A stretch of DNA of 64,000 bases from Lama glama (lineage: Eukaryota): contig CM052823.1 of the NCBI GenBank assembly GCA_028534125.1, positions 124,001 through 188,000 of the forward strand, in the 5' to 3' direction. The position numbers were made by a program, and so were the translations under genes. The notes beneath the pieces are model-generated. The model had not been told where the DNA came from, searched no databases, and was given only the letters and a program-made list of their open reading frames with translations. The first letter of the stretch is position 1. Every line of letters begins with the position of its first letter. Below, in pieces: positions 12,528 through 23,926 of this stretch.

Positions 12528-12631
12528 TCCTCACCTCCGTGTGCCACATAGCAGCCTAGCAACCACCAGCGGGTCAGTGGCCATGCTCAGGACGCCCCCA
12601 GCAGCAGGAAGGGCCACGCCGCTGGGCGCCA
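12528..12631 (+). repeat. Diverged direct duplicate of TEDC1 promoter segment 11455-11560
   Basis: Manual alignment gives 91/104 identical positions plus one 2-nt gap. Confidence 0.9.
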
Positions 12632-13525
12632 AATACTCCCCAAGCAACCCAGCCTTGGCCAAGCCCACAGGAAGTGCGGTCTCGCCTGATACCCCGTCTT
12701 CCTTCCAGACCTCACCTTTACCCACACCCTGCTCAGGCACAACCAGCTCCTCCCCCCATAACTGACCCCCTTCTCCAGAACTTGGCCTCCACCCCAGGAG
12801 GCCATTTCAATGGCCACTCCTGGGGGCCCCACTATGGCTCACCTCCCCAGAGGCCTCTTCCCCTACTGGCCTGGGGCCACTGCTTTCTCCCTCCCTCCTC
12901 ACCCCCACCTTCAGTCCCCTCCGAGGGTCCACCTTCAGGGGGGCCTTCGACCAGCACAGGCCTCCAGTCTGGCCCTGCCTTCTTTCTCCACAGCTCAGAG
13001 GCACCCCCTGCTGACGCCTGCCATAGGGCCCTGCAGCCTTCAGAAGCAAAACAGCTTGCCCCACGTGCCCAGGGTGGTTCCCGATCCAAGGGGTCTGGAA
13101 CCCAATGAGCCCTTCCTCTCTTCGGGCCTTTGCACCCACAGGGCCTTCTGCTTAGGGTGCCTTCCCCCCAGCCTGAGGCCTGGCTGACCCACTCTTCCTG
13201 CAGGCCTCAGCTCACTAGGCACTCACCCCAACCCTGCCCCATCCTAGACGGTGAGCCACAAGGCGGGGGGAGCAGAGTCAGGAGGCTCTGAGTTCTTCCC
13301 AGTGCTGCCTCTCCCAGCAGTTGGGGGCACCCACTCCCCACTCTGTACAAGCCCTGGCCACAGAGCCCCCAGTCCGTGGGCCTTCAAAAGACACCGCCAC
13401 CCCAGCCCTGACCCCACCACTCAGAAACCCAGCCTCACTTAGCATCCTCCCTCCTCCTGGTGTTTTCCCATCTGTCCCCAGAAGCACTCCAGCTCCCACC
13501 CCTTGGAATTCCATGAATCACCCAA

Positions 13526-13630
13526 TCTCTCTCCCTCTCTTTCCCTCTCTCTCTCTCTTTCCCTCTCTCTCTCTCCCTCCCCCTCTCTCTCTCTCCCTCC
13601 CCCTCCCTCTCTGTCTCTCACACACACATA
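13526..13630 (+). repeat. (CT)n polypyrimidine microsatellite followed by a short (CA)n
   Basis: Seen directly: tctctctccctctctttccctctctctctctctttccctc...cacacacata. Confidence 0.95.
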
Positions 13631-14451
13631 TAACCCTGCACACCACCCTGGGACACCCCACCCCATGCCTGTCCTGCTCAGACCTGCTGGACCCCAAGCC
13701 AAGCCAGGGGCAGAGCTGAGGCCCCAAGCAAGGCTAAGATGACCTCTCTGGGCTCTTTAATCAGAGTTCTTGGGATGGTGGCCATCTGCCAGGGCTGGAG
13801 TGTGAATGGCCAGCTGTGGGAAATGGGTGGGCTCTGAAGGTCCCTGCAGCTGCTGCCTGATTTGACAGGAGTTTCCAGAAAGCCCCTAACCATCGCTGCA
13901 GTCAGCCCTCAGATTCCCCATTTGGGCAGCCAGCCTCTTGGCAGTCCCTGGGCACAGGGTGGGGGCAGATGAGGGGGGTGGTGTTTGGGTGGACGCCCTG
14001 CAGAAGCAGGGCTGACCTTGTCTGGCACAGTAGGGTGGGTGTGGGGAATGGGGATGGGGTGGAGCAGCAGGAAGTGGGGAGGGCAGCCGAGGGCTCCCCA
14101 CCACAGCTCCCCAAAGCGTCTCAAAAAACGGAAGCAGCTCAGCAGATTCACCCTGCAGCCTCACGCTCCCACTGACCCATTCCAGAACCACAAAGGAGGC
14201 CTGGGACATTTGCAGGGCTGGGCGTGGGGCTGTCCAGGGTGGCCAGGCGCTCCCCCTGCAGAGGGGCCTGCAGCCTGTGGCAGGTTCCCAGCAGAGCACC
14301 CCCAGCCTCCACCAGAGCAGCGGGTCGGCAGCAGCAGGAAGAGCAGGTGCCCCGCCACCCAGCAGGGCCTCTCATCGGTGTCCCCAGCTGCAGCCCCTCC
14401 ACCATTCCCCCAGTGACACGCGCACACACCCAGGTCTTCCAGGAGTCCGGG

Positions 14452-14457
14452 TTTATT
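14452..14457 (-). terminator. CRIP1 polyadenylation signal AATAAA
   Basis: tttatt on +, in the terminal exon. Confidence 0.85.
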
Positions 14458-14731
14458 GAGGGCATAGGGGTCTACAGGGGAGACCCAGGTGCTTGTGGGG
14501 AAGGCCTCCCATCAGCCTGGAGGGGCAGCGGCCCAGTGGGCAGCCAGGGATGGGATCTCCAAAACCTGTGCAGAGAGAGACAGAGACAGAGATGAGTGCG
14601 GGCCCACTGAGTGGTCAGACCTCACACCGGCGGGAGGTGGCAGGGGTGGGGGGGAGCCATCCTGGCTACTGAGCTGGGCTGGGGTGGAGCAGGGTGGGGT
14701 CGGGAGGATGGGGAGCATACCGTACCTGGGT

Positions 14732-16057
14732 TCACTTGAAAGTGTGACTCTCAGCTCCACCACGCCCAAAGCCTGCATAGAAAATAGTGGGCAGGTTAGG
14801 GGTGGCCAGGGGTTACGGCGCTCTGGGTGGGGGGCCTTTGGGAGCATACCTTTGGGTCCAAACATGGCAGCATAGCAGGGGTGGTTGCAATAGGGCTTGC
14901 CTTCATGCTGCGGAGAGAAGGGCCATGAGGGCTTGTCCTCCCTTCCCCGGAGCCCCAGCCTCCCTCCAGGACTACCCACCTCGGCGTGACCCCCTGAGGT
15001 CAGCGTCTTCCCACATTTCTCACACTTCAGGCAAGGCCGATGCCAATCCTTCCCGAGGGAGGTCACCCGCTCAGCTGCAGAGATACAGACAGCCCCCTCC
15101 ATGGGGTGAGACCCTGCTCTGAGGACACGTGGCACACCCTCCTGATCACACACCACCTTTTCCAGGCGCGTCTGCTCAAGGCCTTGCCCACCCATGCCTG
15201 GTGGCCCACCGGAGGTCTCAGACAGCACCTGTGCCCCAAGAGTAGGGAGGGGGCACCTTTAGTCCCTAGCCAATCCAGCCAAACAAGGAGGGGATGGGCT
15301 CTGGGTCAAGGACCGCACCCCTGAGGGCTTGGGTGGGGCTGGAAGGGGAGGAGAGGGGACCTAGGGTCAGGACCTCGGCTGGCCTCCGGGCTAAGCCCTC
15401 CACCTCCTCACTCGTGGCAGGGGTGGGGTGGTGGGGCCTGCGGGGCGCCCTTCTCCGAACCCAAGAAGGAGGACTTCCCACTTCCTCCCTCCCCCACCCT
15501 GGGTGGGCTCCAGGGCACAGGGCAGGAAGGAGGCGCCTGGGATCTGAGTGCGCCTAGGATGGCGCCCCCGGCGCCGGTTTCTGCGTCTGTTTCTACTTAG
15601 TGCTGGGAGGGGCGGCCGGAGTCCCGCGTTTCTTCCTACCCCGCGGGGTTCCCGCCCAGGGCGTGCCAGAGAGGAGGCGGAAGAAGGGGATCAGAGGCGG
15701 GAGACCCAGAGTCGGAGAGAGGCGGTCATGAGAAGACCCAGAGACAGAAAAACCCAGAGACCCGGAGACCCAGCAGGACCCGGAGAGACAACGGGGCACA
15801 GAGATGAAGGGCCTTCGGACACGAGTGACCCGACCTGAAGACGCAGGCGGCCGCGGGCAAGGCTGGCGCGTAGCCCCGAGAAGGTGACCAGGGTCCCCCT
15901 GCGCCCCCGGACCACCTGAACTGCCCTCACCGGGTGAACCCTGGGCCGCGCTTCCGCGTGGGGCGGCGCCGAACACCGCAGGTCGGGCCGGGGCGGGCGG
16001 GAGTTGGGGGCGCTCACCAAAATACACCTCCTTGTCGCACTTGGGGCACTTGGGCAT
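14732..16057 (-). CDS. CRIP1: Cysteine-rich protein 1 (single LIM domain), 77 aa
   Basis: Coding exons 16057-16018, 15074-14980, 14907-14850 and 14772-14732 (234 nt) give [78 protein letters not shown] 3'-UTR intron runs 14725-14566 and the last non-coding exon starts at 14565. Confidence 0.98.
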
Positions 16058-17180
16058 GGTGGCGCCGGGTCCGGGTGGGCTGACTGGGCGGGAGCCGGCA
16101 GGAGCGCGGGACTGGGTGGGATCGGCGGGGTCCGTGCCTTTCAAGGACCCCGGGACCCCGCCCCTTTGGGACCCGCCCCAATGGTCCCGCCCCCTGAGTC
16201 CCGGACTTGGACCCGGAGGCCTTGATCCCAAGCCAACCAACTTAGAAAGGTCATCTGATCCACCCCCGCCTTGGGGCAGGGCCGGGGCCTAGCCGACGAC
16301 AGAGCGTGGTCCAAGGGGCGCGGGGAATCCGTGGGGACTCACTGGAAGGACGGGGCTGGAGCACCGGGGGGAGCCTGGCCCCTCGCCCAATGCTCGGGAA
16401 TCGCCGGGTCCAGGACCTGGGGCAAAGGGCTCCCCAGGAGGAGGGAGGAGCACCCACTCCTAGCCCCAGATATGCCACTTGCGGGAGCTGGGGAGGGGGC
16501 AGGTCACGTCTAAAATGCAAATAAATGCAAACTAGCGTGCAGAGCCCCTCCCTGCATACTTTGACTCGGACCTTTCCCAGATGGAGGCCTGGGGACACCC
16601 GGCAGGGCAGTTTCAGCCCGGTAGCCCTCCCACAGGAACTCCCCGCGGCCTTCACCACTCGCGGGGCCGGGAGGCCTGCCCGTCCCAGCCCCCTACTCCC
16701 GCGGGACTCGCCGGTCTCCACCAGCCCCACCCCAGCCCTACCCCGGGAAGTCCATCGGACAGCAGCGGGAACGTCCCCGGGGAATCTGGAAGAGGCGACG
16801 CCGGATGGCGGGGCGCCCACTTTCTCCGGGAGGACAGCCGCAGGCTTGGGGGCCTGCGGTTTGCGGCGGGGGAAGGTGACACCCAGGCGGTCTCAGAGGT
16901 GCCAGGCCGGCGCGGGGAAGAGGTCCTTATCTCCGCAAGAGGCGTCTAGTACCGAGCGGTCCAAGTCCGCCTTCCAAGGGGAGGCCTCTCGCTTCCCCGG
17001 TGCCAGGCAGAGACCACGGACCCCACCCACCCTGGGAGTTCGGGAAGGGCTAGCGGGCTGGCGCTCTCGGGCTGCGAGGGTCCTCGGCCATCCTCAGCCA
17101 ACCAGTGTGCAGTCTCCCGCAGGCGGCGGCGCGGGGTGGGAAGGGGAAGCGCGGGGGGGGGGGGCGGGGGGGCAGGGAGG
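16058..17180 (-). promoter_or_regulatory. CRIP1 promoter / CpG-rich region with GC boxes and a tandem octamer
   Basis: CCGCCC boxes near 16158 and 16187; ATGCAAAT at 16515-16522 and ATGCAAAC at 16525-16532; CpG enrichment. Confidence 0.6.
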
Positions 17181-20100
17181 CGGCTCCCTTCTGCACCTTA
17201 GCCCAGGCTGAGGTGAGGCCTGGGTGGGGTTCTGGCCTCCATGCCCCTTTGGAAATCCTTGCCCTGTAGGGCATTGCCTGGCCTAACTCTCCTCCCTGCT
17301 GGTCACTGTCACACACTGGCCACCTCCCATTCCCTGTTGTGCAGAGGGGCTGTCTCCTCTCTCTGTGGATCTTCTACCTCCCTGCTTCACTGTGATCCCC
17401 AACACCACACCCAGTTTCCTGGCTTCACCAGAGCCTGAGCTCCCAGCCCTCTCTCCATTCTACACCCCTAACCTTTACCTCATCTCCCCTTGACACACCC
17501 ATCTCCCAAAACAAAACGTCATCTCTGGTTCTGTCCAGGCCCTGTCCCCATGGAGGGTGCTGGAAACCATCCTCTGACAGGGCCCCGGAGCTTCTGACTG
17601 CCCCACACAGGCCTTCAGCCCTGATGGCATGCAGTCACTCTGACCTTACCTTTCCTGAAGTCCACCTACCCACCATCGGACCAGCCTGGGCCTGGCACTG
17701 GGAAGAGGGAGGAAAGCCATGAGTGCCCCCATCCCAAAACCCCCACCTAACCTGCCCTCTGCCTCCCCGACCAGGCCTGGGCTGGGGCGAGGCTGCGAGC
17801 TCCCAGGGCCGCATTGCAGCCTCAGTTAGGGTAGCACACTAGACCCCACACTCCCACCTCCCTGGGACTCCGTCTCTGAGGTTGCGGTTCTACCCTTGAC
17901 TGGAGCTCTGCAAGCCCTGGGACCCACAAGGTTCAGACCCTGTCCTGGTCCACTCAGTGCCAGGCTGTCCGCTGCCCTCAGCAGGGGGTCGCCCACCCTG
18001 CTCTGGTGGGACTCCCTGCCTCTTGCCCACCCACACCAGCCTGCTCTGGCCCTGGCATAGGGGCACCTTGGCATGGTTTCTGGAGCTGAGGCCACCAGCC
18101 CGACCACCCTCACCACCCCCACCCAGCCCTGGGTGTCTCCTTGGCCCTTGCAGATGCAGCCAGGCCAGGCACTGCACAGGAGGGTAGTCCCAGCTTCCCT
18201 CATCTCCTGGCTGCATGATCCAGAGAGAGGCAGGACTGAGAGAAAGCTGGAGAGTGAAAGAGGGGGAGACGGGAGCACGGAGACACAGCCAGGGACAGAC
18301 ACACAGACATGGAGAAGCAGCAAGAGGGGAGGAAGGGCCCAGATCCCTGGTGATGGAGAGGGGGCAGGGGCACAGTCTGCAGGCGGTGGAGGCCTCTCAC
18401 AGCGGGTCCTGGGGCTCGGGCCACAGTCTGCACGTGCCACCTTGCAGATCCCTGAGAAGGCTGCCTGGGTGGGTGAGCTGGGCAGAGGTCAGCTCCATGG
18501 GGATGATGTGCTCAGGGGTGTGGTGAACCACGGGGTGTCTGCTGGTGTGGCTGGGATGGGGTGCCTTCGCACACATCCACATGTGAGCGTGTCCACCTGG
18601 ATATCTCTGGGAGGCGGGTGCACAAGGCCCTTCTCAGAGCAGCAGCCTTCTTGTGTTTCTGTGTTTCTGCCCAGCCCACACTCGCAGCTCCCCCAGGGCT
18701 CCCGGGGAGGTGGAGAGGTGAGCCAGGCTCCGCCTCCCTTCCACCCACCCGGCCCCAGGGATGACCCCCCCACACTGGGACTCCAAACCCGCCTGGCGCT
18801 GGGAGTCAGAGTGAGGACGAGAGCCCCCACCCCGAAAACCAGCGTGATGACTCTCTTCCTGGCCTTGCCTGCTGTTATTACCGTTGCCACGCTCACAGCG
18901 TGCACGGGTGTGGCGAGGATGCCGGGGGGGGGGGGGCAAGGGCCACGGGCGTCGGCCTCTGGCTGGTACACAGCAAGGTTTTTCCAGACACTGGACTCAG
19001 AGACGCACACACACTCCCTGAAACCCTCCCAAAGCTTCAGGCGCAGACTGGCATGCCCTTCCAACCCCTCTGAGCTCCCCACCTATCCTGCCTGCCTGTG
19101 GGGGTAGGGACCCCTCAAGCTGCAGCCCCAGCATCCCCAGCTATGATGAGTGGACAGCTCCTGCCCACCCCACCCCACCCCCGCCATGGCCAGGCACACC
19201 CCCAAGTGAGGCTTGGCCAGGTGCCAGTTGGGGCCCTGACAGCCTCCCCAGAGACCCGGGCCCCACCAGATGCAAGCTTCTTGCTTCCATCAGCTCACCT
19301 GGCCCAGGATGCCCTTGTGGAAGAGGGGCACTGACCTGGCCCAAGGTCAACCTGACTCAGGACCACCAGGGGTTGGGGGGGCCCAGTTCAAGACCCAGAT
19401 CTGCCCTGCCCGGCCCTGCATCCCTCCCCTACATTACTCTTTGGGGTCACTCGTGGTATTTGTGGCGCGAACAAATGGTAGAAATGGAAGACCTGGTGAA
19501 CCAGTCAGCGCGCTCCAGGGTGCAGCCCCCATCACTGCCCGCCCCACGGCCCTGCACTCATCTCCCTCCCAGCACTGGCCAGAGGGAGGTGCGGGGGCTG
19601 CATCTGGAGTGTGGCAGACAGAGTGGCCAGGACAGCTGGTTGCCCCAGGCTGCCTCTGCGCCCAGAAGGTCCACCCTGCACCAAGGTAGCGTGAGGGCAT
19701 GCAGGGCCCTGAGACCTGGAGGAGGCCACTGCGGACTTCTGGCTGCCCGGCCAAGGCCACCTCCATCTGCTCACCCTCTGTCTGAACACTCCCACGCCCT
19801 TGTCTGTTCAAGCTCCACCGAGACTCAGCTGGAGACCCAGCAGCAACCAGCCAGGCCCCTGCAGCAGAATTCTGGATGGAGAGGGCCTGGATGGGGCCCC
19901 ACGGCAGGGCTTGGGCTCCAGACACCAGGAGAACCAGTCAAGGCAGAGGAATCCGCCTGCAGCAGGGAAAGTTCTGCTCCTCAGGGCCGGCTGGCCTCCC
20001 TGCTCCGCCCCACTCCACTCCACACTGTGGCACTGGCCTCAGGCCTCTCTCCACCATCCTCGAAGCCTCACAGCTGGTGCCCCAGTCTCCAGGACCCCTC

Positions 20101-21499
20101 CTCCGTGTGGACCTGCTGAGGGTTGTGGACAGGTGTAAGGATGTCCCCTGCTAGGGCTGGAGGCCAGCCGGGCCTGTCCCATGTTCCTGCACCCAGGTGC
20201 CTTGGGGAACTAACTTGTGCTCCAGGACACCCTCTGAGCCTGGGGACAGAGCTGGCTTCCCTGCCCCAAATCCACCCCTCTCTGCCCTTCCCCCAGGCCC
20301 AGCTGAGTCACAGACATTCAGACATTCCCAGGGCCTATTTTTAGCAGCTTTTCTCTCAGGACCCCCTGGCTGCCCTGAGGTCCTGCCCCAGGGTGGCTGT
20401 GACTGGTGGTGGGGGACTGGGCTCTGATCCTTTCCACCAGGCCTCAGCCTGGGAGGGGTCCTCTCCTCCCCTGGAAGCAGGAAAGGCATGCAAAGGGGCT
20501 GGGGTGGAGGGATGGGGGGATATACAACCTTGAAGTCCCTCAGGCAGCCCCACTCAGGGTCCACGGCTTGGCCAGATGGGTGCCTCTGCCTGCCTACAGC
20601 CACCCCAGGTTGAGCCTGGGTTCCAGGAATCTCTACATCCTGGGGACAAATCCCACGCAGTACCGCCTCAAATTCCAGCCTCACCAGTCCAGCTAGCTTG
20701 GTGTGTTCATGGGCCCCAAATCCACCCCCTGCCGCCAGCCAGACCCTGAGAAAGTGTGCTGCCCACACCTGACTGCCCTGGCCTCTAGCCAGTCCTTGCC
20801 TGGCCCAGCTCCCAGCAGCTCAGAGCCAGGGTCACAGGCACTTGGTGATTTCTTGACACTCAGCCCCTGGGGCCACAGCCAGTGGCCAGTGAGCTGGTGC
20901 TTGGACTCAGAAACAGGAGAAAGTCATGCTCCCCCCAGTCATAAAGAAGTTCGGGGAGCCTATCCTGAGCTGGGTGGGGTCCTCAGGGAGCCGCCAGCAG
21001 GGGAGGGGCTGCCCAGCACTGATACCGGGGGACAGGGGTGGAGACAGGGCGAGGGGGTCACTGGCTCAGGGGAAGCTGGGCAGGGCTGGGAGGAAGATGC
21101 TGAAGGTCTAGGGTATGAGTCAGAGGATTCTGGGCCTCAGAGAAGTGAGGGCAGAGGGAGCTGCAGGCAGAGCAGGCCCGACAAAGATGACTGGCTGGGA
21201 GTACCAGCCAGGGCCCAGGTCAGAGATGGGGTACAAGGTGGGGCTTGGAGGGTCCTGGCAAGGAAGTGGGTAAGCCCGACCACGGAAGGTAGGGTTACTG
21301 CTGGGAAACAGGGCGGTGGAGGAGGCCCGAGTGCTGCGCCCAGCCCTGGGGTTCTGGAGGGTAGGGAGATGGTTAGATGGCACCTTGGGGCCTCACTGGC
21401 TGGGCATGGGTTGGAGGACTAGGGGTGTAGGCCAGTCAGGGGGAGGTGGAGAAGGCGGCACACATGGATACAGGCGCCCATTCCCTCCTCCCCTGCACC

Positions 21500-21990
21500 T
21501 TGATGGGGCGCCCGAGGAAACACCTGGCTTGGGGGGAAGCTTCCGGGAGCTGGTGTCACCGAAGGAGCCCCGGCAGCGTAGGGCCAACCGCGGCTCCCAC
21601 CGGCGGCACCCAGCGACCGCGCAGAGACCAGCAGTAGCGACTCCGCCCCGGTTTCCATGACAACCCTTCGGAAACAAACACAGAGGCGCGGCACACTCAG
21701 CCTGCAGGAAACGAAGGGGTGGGGGGCGGGGGGCACTTCGTCCCAGGCTGGGCCCGGGCGATTCTCCCTCGAGGCGACACAGACACCCCTCACCCCTGCC
21801 GCCTGGCGACCCTTCATACAAGAATAGGCACCGCCCCTCTCCGGGTTTTGCGGGAAATCGCGTCTCCCTCCACGTAGCTGTCACTGGAGCCTCCCGAAGG
21901 AGGGCCCCGGCTGTGCTCTCAGCACTCCCCCACCGCCGGGAAGGCAGGAATTTCCCATCTGACACCGTGAGCCCCCAGCGAGGGTGGGCC
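21500..21990. promoter_or_regulatory. Orphan CpG-rich element between CRIP2 and CRIP1 (candidate enhancer or alternative promoter)
   Basis: X-box GTTTCCATGACAAC at 21651-21664, GC boxes at about 21723, E2F-like GCGGGAAA at 21850-21857, and NF-kB GGGAAATTCC (minus) at 21947-21956. Confidence 0.55.
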
Positions 21991-23420
21991 TAGGGGTGCT
22001 CAGGGAAGTCTGAATTTTTCCCCAAACACCCCCGAATAATAGAGCCTTGGCCTGGCGGCAGGAAGGCCGGGACGGGGTGAGGAGGGGGAGATGTCCCAGC
22101 CCCACCTCTGAGCGCACATCGCACTTGCCCGAACCTCCCCTCTGCCTAGGGTGGAAACAGGGCGCCCCTGGGGTACCTGCTCCATGCACCTCCCACACCC
22201 AGTGCAGGCCAACCCACCCTGCACATCCTGGCTGCACACCTGGTGCCAGCCAGGTGCGGGGAGACGCTGCTGCGGCCCACGCTGGGCACCTGGACTGGCC
22301 AGGAGGAGGGTGCCCTGGCACTGCAGACACCTGACACCAGACACCGGAGCCGGCCGCTCCACCCCAGGGACACCGATGGCTGCTCGAAGGACAATGGGCC
22401 CGGCCTCCGGGCTCAGCTACGTCTGAGCCCGTGTACTGGACAGTGGGCCGCAGAGTGGCCTGTGCCAAGTGCTGGGGTGCCCAGAGCTGGCCTTGGAGAA
22501 GAGGGCACATGGGGAGACGGCCGCCTACAGTGCTGAGCGCAACGGCCCAGAAGTGACCAGGCCCGGATGACCGTGGCTCCAGGGAGGGAGAGGCGTCTGG
22601 GGGTATGGTGCTGGAAGCAGGCCAGGGGAGGGGCTGAGCGGTGGAGGGGAGGGCAGCAGGGTTCTGCCTCAGCGCCCAGAGTGGGAGAGAAGGGGCGCCC
22701 TCTGGTGGGCTTCCCAGGAGCGGCAGTTAAAGAGAAGGCGGACACCGAGCCAGGGTCTTCCCCGAGCTGCTGAGGGCTCCTGGGGAGGCCAGAGGTGGCT
22801 CCACTAACATTGCAAACCCAGCTGCAGGCATGCTGGTCGCACAGGAGCACCCAGGCCCCTAGGCCCCTCCTTCAGACTGCCCACATTCTGTCCCTGGGCC
22901 TCCCCACCGAGGCCGAGTCAAGCCAACCACACCCACTCTCAGTCCTACAGTACCCCTCTCCCCACCCAAACCCTCTGTACTTCCAGGCTCCTCCAGGGCT
23001 GAAGACCCACCTTGTCCCTGCCCACCCTTCACCTGCTCTTCCCCCTGCAGAGGAACCCTCTTCTGGTCACCTGTCCTCTGCCTCCACGAGACATGACCCC
23101 TGCTCTCTCCCAAGCCTGACCCCTCCCTTGGGGGCTGATAGATCCTGGCATCTCCTGGTTTTAGTGCCCACTTGTTGGCAGATCTGGGGACCAGGAGCAC
23201 CTCAGGGGCCTACCCACCTCAGTGTTGCCACCACAGCCCAAACCAGAGCTTCTCTGCCACCCACCCTCCCACCTACAGCCATCACCCTTGGGACCAGGTG
23301 GCACCCCACTGCCACCAGAAGCCAGGCCCAAGGATTTGTGGATGGCACAAAGGGACACCATGCTGGATTCATGAGCATCCCAGTCACAGACGGTGCTGGG
23401 TTGTGTGATCCTCAGAATCT

Positions 23421-23426
23421 TTTATT
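23421..23426 (-). terminator. CRIP2 polyadenylation signal AATAAA
   Basis: tttatt on +, about 500 nt downstream of the CRIP2 stop. Confidence 0.85.
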
Positions 23427-23926
23427 GGTAACAAAACTCCGGCAGTGGTCGTGAGGGCGGTGGGCGGGTGCGTGCGAGGCTGGGTGGGAGATGGCAGAGG
23501 GCTCCTGGTGGGGATGCCCTAAGCCGCTGGAACACTGTGAAGGCCGTGCTGCGGCTGTTACTGGTGACGGGAGCATAAATAACATTGTGGGGCAGGCGAG
23601 GGGCAGCATGAGCGGGGGAGTGGGAAGGCCACCTCAGGAAGACCCACCGTGGGCATGTGGGGCCACCAGACACAGGCATGGAGACACGTAGGGCCAGGAG
23701 GACACAAAAGAGGGTAAGGGTGGCCGGGGACACCCACAGAAAATGGGTGGACGGGCCTCTGGAGGCTGCCCAGCGTGGCTGCCTCGGCCCCCAACACTCA
23801 GGCTCTGGACACGCAGGTGCCGAGGCAGGACTGGGCAGTGGTCACTCTCCCGACATAGCCAAGCAGTGGGCACTGGGCCAGGGGCCTGCGTGGATAGGCC
23901 CATGCCCCGCAGGGGGGCCCGGAGGC

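Noticed and set aside
14566-14725. CRIP1 3'-UTR intron as an NMD trigger
   Set aside because: The junction is only 6 nt after the stop codon, well below the 50-55 nt rule.
18073-19107. 344-aa ORF between CRIP1 and CRIP2
   Set aside because: No recognisable domain or exon structure; the composition is as expected from GC-rich noncoding DNA.
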